This document shows positions 30,839 to 38,155 of a DNA stretch of 38,155 nt, piece by piece. Position 1 is the first letter of the stretch. Every line of letters starts with the position of its first letter. The stretch comes from Octopus bimaculoides (lineage: Eukaryota). The DNA lies in assembly GCF_001194135.2 (NCBI RefSeq), contig NC_068983.1:99331398-99369552 (forward strand), written 5' to 3'. The position numbers and the translations under genes are program-made. The notes under the pieces were generated by a model, which was not told where the DNA came from, did no database searches, and worked only from the letters and a program-made list of their open reading frames with translations.

Positions 30839-31283
30839 TTATTGCATGCTTTCAGTGTATAACCAAGTGCAGTTTATATGCCTTGGATATGTGCAGTTCT
30901 TGTATCTGTTTTCATTATATTCATAGTATTCTATATAAAATATTTTCAGTAGACAAAAATGCTCTTGTTGTATGCTGTGTATATTCTCATTGTTTCTGTG
31001 TCCTTTTGTCATTGCAACCACATTGATTCTTGATGTTGTGATTTCTGGGTTTTTATATCTGGATAATTTCTTCAGTTCTAGAGATATAATGTCTCCTAGG
31101 ATTGATATATTGATATATAACATGCCCTTGTTTGTTAGATTGGCAATCATTCTTTTCTCTCCATCAGTCAGTATTGGTATATTTAAATATGTTGGTATAT
31201 TATCACTTTCTGAGATAATGCTGACAAGACTAAAAGAGTATAACTCCTTAATTATTATGTCATGTCTACTTGTATAGTATTTT
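30839..31283 (-). mobile_element. Older, diverged RLE-type LINE relic
   Basis: minus strand YTSRHDIII..LYINISILGD..KLSRYKNPEI..R/MW parallels YKGRHD..IINIACPGD..KINNYDNLRWEI of the 4336-5235 element. Confidence 0.5.
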
Positions 31284-31729
31284 TAAAACAAAAACAATAC
31301 TACAGAACACAACACAAATCGTGTTTGGTCTCACAGTATATAACAAGTCTGAAGAAACAGAAAAGTGAGAGCTAGCTATACATCAGCACAAGGGGAGTTA
31401 CTCTGGAAAGATTGAAGGGAAGTAAGCCACAGCCAAACTGCTGGACACAGGAGCAAGAATTTGACAGAAAATTTGGCTCAATAAGTAAATAAAAGGATTG
31501 AATATTGAAATAATATAAGGAAATGATAGGTAGAAGGGTATTAATGGCATATTGGTATTTTGGCGATTTTCTTGCGGTTCATAAACGAGTGTGAACTACA
31601 TCACTTAAACATTCCACTTTTAGCACATCACTTAATAGAGTGTATTGGTTATACTTTATCATGGTACTGACATTAATGAGGTTGCCTTGTACCTCTCTCT
31701 TCTACAGTGTCTCTGTTCATTTAAGTCAG

Positions 31730-32060
31730 TGGTTGAATAGAAGAGATAGTTTTGACAGAAGGACCAGAGTGAGTGAAGGATTTACGAGTATGATTGGGCT
31801 GAGAGGGTGCTAGAGAAAGGTAGAGAGAGAGAGTAATGATACTGGAGGAGAGAGTAATGCAAGAGAGACAATTGCAGGTGATAATGGAAAAGAGATAGTG
31901 ATAGTAGTTACACGTTTACTGGTGTGTTTGTGTATGAGAGAGAGAGAGAGAGATTGAGTAATGGAGAGTAACAGATGTAGGCTAATAGTTGCAGAGAGTG
32001 ATGAATATCAACTGAGAGTGGGGAGAATCTGAAGGGATTGGGAGTGGTTGTGTGTGTGTT
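31730..32060. repeat. Purine-rich low-complexity region (GAG/GAA rich)
   Basis: composition; the complement resembles the C/T-rich region 36940-37480. Confidence 0.5.
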
Positions 32061-33441
32061 TAATTCTTTAATCAGATTCAGCTTGAAAGCTGCAGCCATG
32101 CTGAAATAATTAAAAAAGTTTAATTGCACTAATGTTATTACATAATTTCAAAATGCAATATAAAACAAAAATAGTCACAAATCTTAACCAATCTTTTTGA
32201 ACTGTGTTAAGAGGATATTTAGGGTTACTAAATGTTTTTTTATAGTTTCAAAATAACCACAGATCTTTCCCTTAGCATTAATATTGTTATTAATGTAAAC
32301 ATATTAGTTACAAGGGCTTTAATAAGTAATGTCAATTAAAATACAATGCATTTAATTCCAGCTGATAGTTTTGTGTAGATTGTGTTTCTTTGTTGATCTA
32401 TTATTGTTCTCGTATTGAATTGCTATACTGGTAAAACAGAGAAATAGTAATAAATGGTAAGGTTTGTCTCTAATAATTATCTACATTAACTCTGGAAAAA
32501 TTTTCTTGTATATGGTTCCTTAATTTATTGGTGGTGTAATGTCAGCCTTCAATAGAGGGTTATACCTGTTAGGCCAATATAATGTTCCCAGCGATTCTAT
32601 ATATGTACACACACATACACACGCACATTTATTCATGCACATATATACATATAAAGGGTTTCTCTCAAATTTTACATTATCAACATAAATCTCATTCTCG
32701 TCATCATTAGCCTCTGTTTCATTATTGTCTTTCTTGATTACATCATTGTCAACTTAAAATTTGTCATTGTCAACTTCGATTTCACTATCTCAAGAGAAAA
32801 TAGTTTCCCAAACAAGATATTCTTCAACAAATGATATATTAATATATAAAACTGCTTCCTGCAGTTAATGCTAATGAAAATTTTTGGGGATATATCTGAT
32901 TTCTGCAATAAAAGGATTAAGAAAAGTCTCTAGACTTAGCATCAGAGGGGTGGAGCTACTCTAGAAAGTTGGAGCAATATTCATTACCTACGTAAGCCCT
33001 CCCAGGTGTGTAAGGTTGATACAGATGAGGTTTTCAGCTTGGATTTTTGCAGTGCCCACATCTCTTATTTGGTAAGTGGATCCTAACCACCAAATATTTT
33101 GGTGAAAGCAGTGTTAGTCTAAAAGGTACATTCTGGTATTTTTGTTCTTACAAAGAAAATCCATTTTGGGGTGGTTAACAGCGAGTGGATGTGGCAGACA
33201 ATGTCCTAACATTATCAACATCACTATTCCCCATCCCCACTCACTTGTTTTCATTCTTGGGAATTTTGTTTTATTTATTAATTAATTGTATATGTTGCTT
33301 TTGTTTTTAACAATGGCTTTATGCAACTTTATAATCCACACTATCCTTTATTATCTGAATGAATATTTGTGTCACTCATTGTTTGAGTTCTTGTTGTGTA
33401 ATGTTTTCTTTCTCTTTTTCTTAATGCTCTGCTGATAAACA

Positions 33442-33467
33442 AATAATAATAATAATAATAATAATAA
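33442..33467. repeat. (AAT)n microsatellite
   Basis: seen directly. Confidence 0.9.
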
Positions 33468-33477
33468 CCAATATTAT

Positions 33478-34370
33478 TAGGGCTGTAGATTGGCAGAATT
33501 GTTGAGAGCATTGGACAAAATGCCTTGCAATAATTCTTCTGGCTCTTTACATTCTGAATTCAAATCCTGCAGAAGTCAACTTTACCTTTCATCCCTCCAG
33601 GGATTAAAATAAAATAGTGTACTAGTTAAATTCTGGGGTGGACTTAATTGACTAACTTCTCCCTCCAAAATTTCAGGCGTTGTGTCTATATTAGAAACAA
33701 TTGTTGTGGGATGATGGTCAGTTGAATCATAGGGCATTAGACAAAATGTCTTGCAGTATTTCCTGTAGCCCTGTATGTTCTGAGATGAAATTTGTCTTCC
33801 AACACTCTTAGCTTGATAAAATTAAGTACCTGTCAAATACTAGGGTTGATAGTGTTAGTCTGTTCCCTGCAAAATTACTAGCCTTGTACCTAAATTAGAA
33901 ATTATTATTCTTATGTTGTTATGTTCATTGCTAATGTGCTTTGTTTTGACGTTATTATACCTTTACTTAAAATGGCAGGCTGGCAGAATCATTAGCATGC
34001 CAGGTGAAATGTTTAGTGGTATTTTGTCTGCTGCTATGTTCTGAGTTCAAATTCCGTTGAGGTCAACTTTGCTTTTCATCCTTTTGGGATCGATGTAATC
34101 GACTTAATCTCTTCCCCCAAACTTGAGGCCTTGTGCTTTCAGTAGAAAGAATTATTCTACCTTTACTAGGCAATGAGCTGGCAGAACCATTAGCATACCG
34201 GGCAAAATGCTTCGCAGTATTTTGTCTGTCCTTATGTGCTAAGTTTAAATTCTGCTGAGGTTAACTTTGCCTTTCATCCTTTTGGGGTTGATAAAATAAG
34301 TACCAATTGAGCAGTAGGGTTGATAAAATAAGTACCAGTTGAGCAGTAGGGTTGATGTAATCAACTTAAC
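33478..34370 (+). mobile_element. Cluster of four co-oriented SINE family A copies (about 33478-33702, 33712-33908, 33972-34155, 34168-34370)
   Basis: four repeats of head plus B-box; most keep the CTTTCATCC core; last copy has a 32-bp tandem duplication at 34285-34348. Confidence 0.78.
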
Positions 34371-35051
34371 GAGTCTTGAGTAGTAGTATAAAAAAAAAAA
34401 AAAACTGTACCCCTCTGCCAAGTCATGTTGAGCCAGTAAGGCAGAGTAGGCTCATCAAACCAGCATGATCTCAAGCTCAAATTCATGGCTTCCACATAAG
34501 ACTATGGTTGGTGGAGAGAATATGCTTAGGCCCTCAGCCTGCAGTGGATTGAACACGGGCAATTCAATATAATCAATTCAATATCTTTACTACTATTAAT
34601 CACTTAAACACAACAGAAAATTTGTTAGCATCTTGAGACAAAGGAAAATTATTAGTCTCAGCCATGGTTTCAGAAAATGCTGAACTCCTGATTGTGTGTC
34701 AGTGGATCCAGCATTGTTAAAAAATAACATTCTTTATGAGTTGTGGGGAATATAATAAAATAGAATAGATCATCATTATTATTATCAAAATAAAGGAAGA
34801 AATCGTTATTATGAAAATATTTAGTCCATTTCAGTCTGTCCAGCCTGCAATAGTTTGAAAATATTATTGCATGGATAGAGAAAAACATCAGTGTTGTTTA
34901 TCAAGTTTTTGTATATTTCACAGAAAGTTGAAGAACACTTTGGTACACATGCATACAGATGTCAAGTCTCTCTGAAGTAAATATTGTACAACATTCATAG
35001 AACCTGCCATTACCATTTTTTGGTAAATTATTTTTGTACATACTTAGAAAT

Positions 35052-35480
35052 AGGCACAGGTGTGACTTGTGGTTAAGAAGCTTGCTTCCCAATCATGTGT
35101 CTCAGGTTCAGCCCCACTGCACAGGACATTAGGCAAGTGTCATTTATAATTGTGGGTCAACTAAAGTCCTTTGAGTAGATATGGTAAATGGAAACTGAGA
35201 GAAGCTTGTCATGTGTGGGTGTGTGTGTTTGTACCCATGTCTAGATATGATGGTTGTAAATGAGCATCATTATCATGCAAGCAAGGATGTATATTTCCAG
35301 TCTGCCATGAAAACCATGTCTAGCTATGGGGGAAATATTACCTTTCCTGGTAACGAGGGGTTTTGTGACAGGAAGGGCATCTGTATTTGCCCATAAAAAA
35401 CTTGCCCCAACAGATTCCATCTGACCCATGTAAACATGGAAAAATGGACATTATATAATGATGTTGAAATGATGATGATG
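35052..35480 (+). mobile_element. SINE family B', full length
   Basis: AGGCACAGGTGTGACTTGTGGTTAAGAAGCTTGCTTCCC head, (TG)n, CCCATGTAAACATGGAAAAATGGAC..(GAT)n tail. Confidence 0.82.
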
Positions 35481-35667
35481 ATTAAAAACAACCTAGTGGA
35501 TATTTGTAGTTTATTAGGAGTAGTTAAGAAATTATTAGAAAACAAGTTAATGTTAATAGCTTTTTCTAATTCAATGGTGGATAGCAAGATGTCCATTGAT
35601 GGTGTTTAATCAGTGAAATATTTAATATTTTGATAGTGTACAATATTTGATTGGTGTGCTAGGTCTA

Positions 35668-36035
35668 GGCATGGCTGTGTGGTATGTTTGCTTCCCAACT
35701 ACATGGTTCAAGGTTCAGTCCTGCTGTGTAGCACCTTTGGCAAGTGTCTTCTACTATAGCTTTGTGAGTGAATTTGGTAGACAAACTGAAAAAAAGTCTG
35801 TTGTGTGTGTGTGTGTGTGTGTATTTTTGTGTCTGTTTGTCTCCCACCATCACTTGACTACTGGAGTTGGTGCGTTTATGTCTGTAATCTAGCAGTTCAG
35901 CAAAAGAGACTGATAGAATAAGTACCAGGTTTTACAAAATATAATTGTTATTGGGGTTGAATCAACTAAAATTCTTCAAGGCAGTGCTCCAGCATGGCCA
36001 CAGTCTAATGACTGAAATAAGGAAAAGATGAAAGA
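35668..36035 (+). mobile_element. SINE family B, full length
   Basis: GGCATGGCTGTGTGG head, GCACCTTTGGCAAGTGTCTTC, (TG)n, GCAGTGCTCCAGCATGGCCACAGTC..GACTGAAA end. Confidence 0.82.
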
Positions 36036-36174
36036 TACTAAAACAACGTCATCATGTAGCTAATGTAAATTCCACCACAGTTACCTTCCAGCTATCTTTC
36101 TCTGAAACAGTCAGCTTTCTTTCTGATATTTTGGCTATTGTGACCAGTTTGTTTTTAATATTATTAAGTAATTC

Positions 36175-36497
36175 AAATTCCACCGAGGTCAACTTTGCCT
36201 TTCATCCTTTCAGGGTCGATAAATTAAGTACCAGTTGCGTACTGGGGTCAATCTAATCGACTAGTCCCCTCCTCAAAAATTTCGGTCCTTGTGTCTAGGG
36301 TAGAAAAGAAATGTTAGCATGCTTAGTGGTATTTTGTCTGTCTTTGTGTTCAGAGTTCAAATTCCGATGAGGTTGACTTTGCCTTTCATCCTTTCGGGGT
36401 CGATAAATTAAGTACCAGTTGCATACTGGGGTCGATCTAATCAACTGGCCCCCTCCCAAAAAATTTCAGGCCTTGTGCCTGGAGTTGAAAAGAATAT
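36175..36497 (+). mobile_element. Two tandem, relatively young SINE family A copies (5'-truncated)
   Basis: both keep CpGs (GGGTCGATAAATTAAGTACCAGTTGC). Confidence 0.85.
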
Positions 36498-36939
36498 TAT
36501 TAAGTAATGTATAAGAATTATATAACTATTTATCTCATGGACTCAGTTTCTTTACCAATTTCTGATAAATACTCAACTTTTTCAACTTTGAGATTTGCAG
36601 TACTATCAATAGTTGATCATTCTTGGTTTCTTCACTAATTTTCAATAAATACATGACTTTTTCAACATTGAGACTAGAGGTTCTATCAATAGTCAATCAT
36701 CCAAACTGACTTTAGCAGTTGGCTGAATGAGAGATATAATGTATATACTTTTACCAGGGACTTTAGTGAAGTAAAAGAAATTACTAAAACTAAATTTGAA
36801 CTTGGTTCAGAGTTTGTTCACCAGAGATTTGCCATCCTGTCTATAATTACAGTGATTTAACAATGTGATTAACGACCTTTGTTTTTTCAAATTTGCAATA
36901 ATCCAACTCACATCAAATATCTCTTCTTTTGAAAGAGGT

Positions 36940-37480
36940 CTTACTATTACTATTTTCCCCATTTGAGTCTACATAGTATCCACCTCTCACCCCTTAATCC
37001 CTTCTGCCTGTCACTATTTTAATTCCCTCTACCCCTCCCTCCACCTCTTCTTTAATCCTTTATTAGCATTTAAATTACTCTGTCAAATGTTATGGTTATT
37101 TATTCATTATCCCGTAGCTTCAAGGTTTCAATGATGTGATTGTTTATTTTTAGAATAACATTGTTGGGTAAGTGTGAGAGGTTGGACCTGGTCAGTTTAA
37201 GCATAAAATAGGTACAATATAAGGGCCTAATATAACCAGTTTAAATCCTAGTGGGTTAATCTTCTTACCATTTTAATCCTCCTCCTACTGTAATTCTACC
37301 TCTCAATACTTCAATACCCTTCCATCTCTCACTAATCCCACTACACTTCTTACAACTTTAATCCTCACTATATTAATCCCCCGTCATCTCTCACTATTTT
37401 AATCCCCTTCTACCTCATACTTCTTTAATCCCTCTGCACCCTTCCACCTCTCATTACCTTAATCCCTTATCTCTGTTCAT
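36940..37480. repeat. Degenerate C/T-rich tandem region (TTAATCCC/CTCTCACT motifs) interrupted by a MITE
   Basis: recurring TTAATCC(C) spaced by pyrimidine-rich segments. Confidence 0.55.
37052..37259. mobile_element. piggyBac-like MITE, diverged
   Basis: TTAA..TTAGCATTTAAATTACTCTGTCAAATG...TAAATCCTAGTGGGTTAA; interior matches 24520-24746. Confidence 0.75.
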
Positions 37481-37595
37481 TCTGGTGTTGCTTTTTTTTT
37501 TTTTTTTTTGCTCAATGTTCTGTAATTAGCATGTAATATCTTCCTGCGAGCATTAAGCTCAATCTCTTTCTCTTTCTTTCTTCCTCTCTCTCTCT

Positions 37596-37598
<3 letters not shown>

Positions 37599-37688
<90 letters not shown>
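37599..37688. repeat. (TC)n microsatellite, about 45 units
   Basis: seen directly. Confidence 0.95.
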
Positions 37689-37691
<3 letters not shown>

Positions 37692-38009
37692 CTTTTGTTC
37701 TCTTATGTATACAACTCTGTGAATGGACAAATACGTTGAAAGTCTTTTTATACATGATTGTGGTGCAAGATGTGTGTTTATATATGTATGTGTATATGTA
37801 TACGCACACATACACAGAAACACACATGCATCCACACAGCCACATATGCCATTGTATTTTGGAAACATTTGATTTCAGGCAATATCTATTATTCTGCTTG
37901 CCTCAGACCATGTGGATGACAACAAGTCTCACCCTTCTTTCTTGAATGAGTAATTAGGAATAGGTTTGTGGCTGGACAGAATTTTCAAAGCAAAATTAGC
38001 AATAAAAAT

Positions 38010-38010
<1 letters not shown>

Positions 38011-38050
<40 letters not shown>

Positions 38051-38051
38051 T

Positions 38052-38082
<31 letters not shown>

Positions 38083-38155
38083 TACATATATAGATATATA
38101 TATATATAGATATGTTATATATATGTATATATATATATATATATATGTATATATA
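38011..38155. repeat. Compound (AT)n/(GT)n microsatellite
   Basis: seen directly. Confidence 0.95.

Noticed and set aside
30972-31277. 101-aa hydrophobic ORF suggesting a membrane protein
   Set aside because: Best explained as the antisense shadow of an A-rich LINE relic.
33053-33071. 19-nt AG/GTAAGT-bounded microexon
   Set aside because: Not frame-preserving, short pyrimidine tract, no compatible downstream exon found.
34924-34976. Acceptor followed by KVEEHFGTHAYRCQVSL
   Set aside because: Open only in a phase that does not match the 29830 donor; no recognisable homology.
37512-37868. 118-aa ORF with (ER)n
   Set aside because: Translation of the (GA)n microsatellite.

Overview
Eukaryotic, AT-rich, intron- and repeat-rich genomic DNA with one 244-N assembly gap. 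The SINE families and microsatellite load look like Octopus/coleoid cephalopod DNA; this is inference from pattern recognition and is unverified. The window holds the central part of one plus-strand gene of the ARHGAP17/ARHGAP44/SH3BP1 (RICH/Nadrin; BAR + RhoGAP) family. Ten GT-AG exons (1780-29830) splice in frame to give the end of the BAR domain, a complete RhoGAP domain with an intact arginine finger (GLFRIAG) and a Ser/Thr/Pro-rich tail. The 5' exons lie outside the window, and the true last exon(s) could not be identified with confidence. Introns contain tRNA-derived SINEs, decayed RTE and RLE-type LINEs, and piggyBac-like and hAT-like MITEs. Top observations: (1) a 345-bp foldback/MITE-like element (11260-11604) whose core is an array of 16 alternating nGAAn heat-shock-element pentamers; (2) a candidate alternative terminal exon (21739-21809) giving a short BAR-RhoGAP isoform; (3) several intronic hairpins, including tail-out SINE fusions and a ~185-bp-arm inverted repeat; (4) an RLE LINE nested in a (TAA)n SINE tail; (5) a short telomere-like tract at a rearrangement junction.
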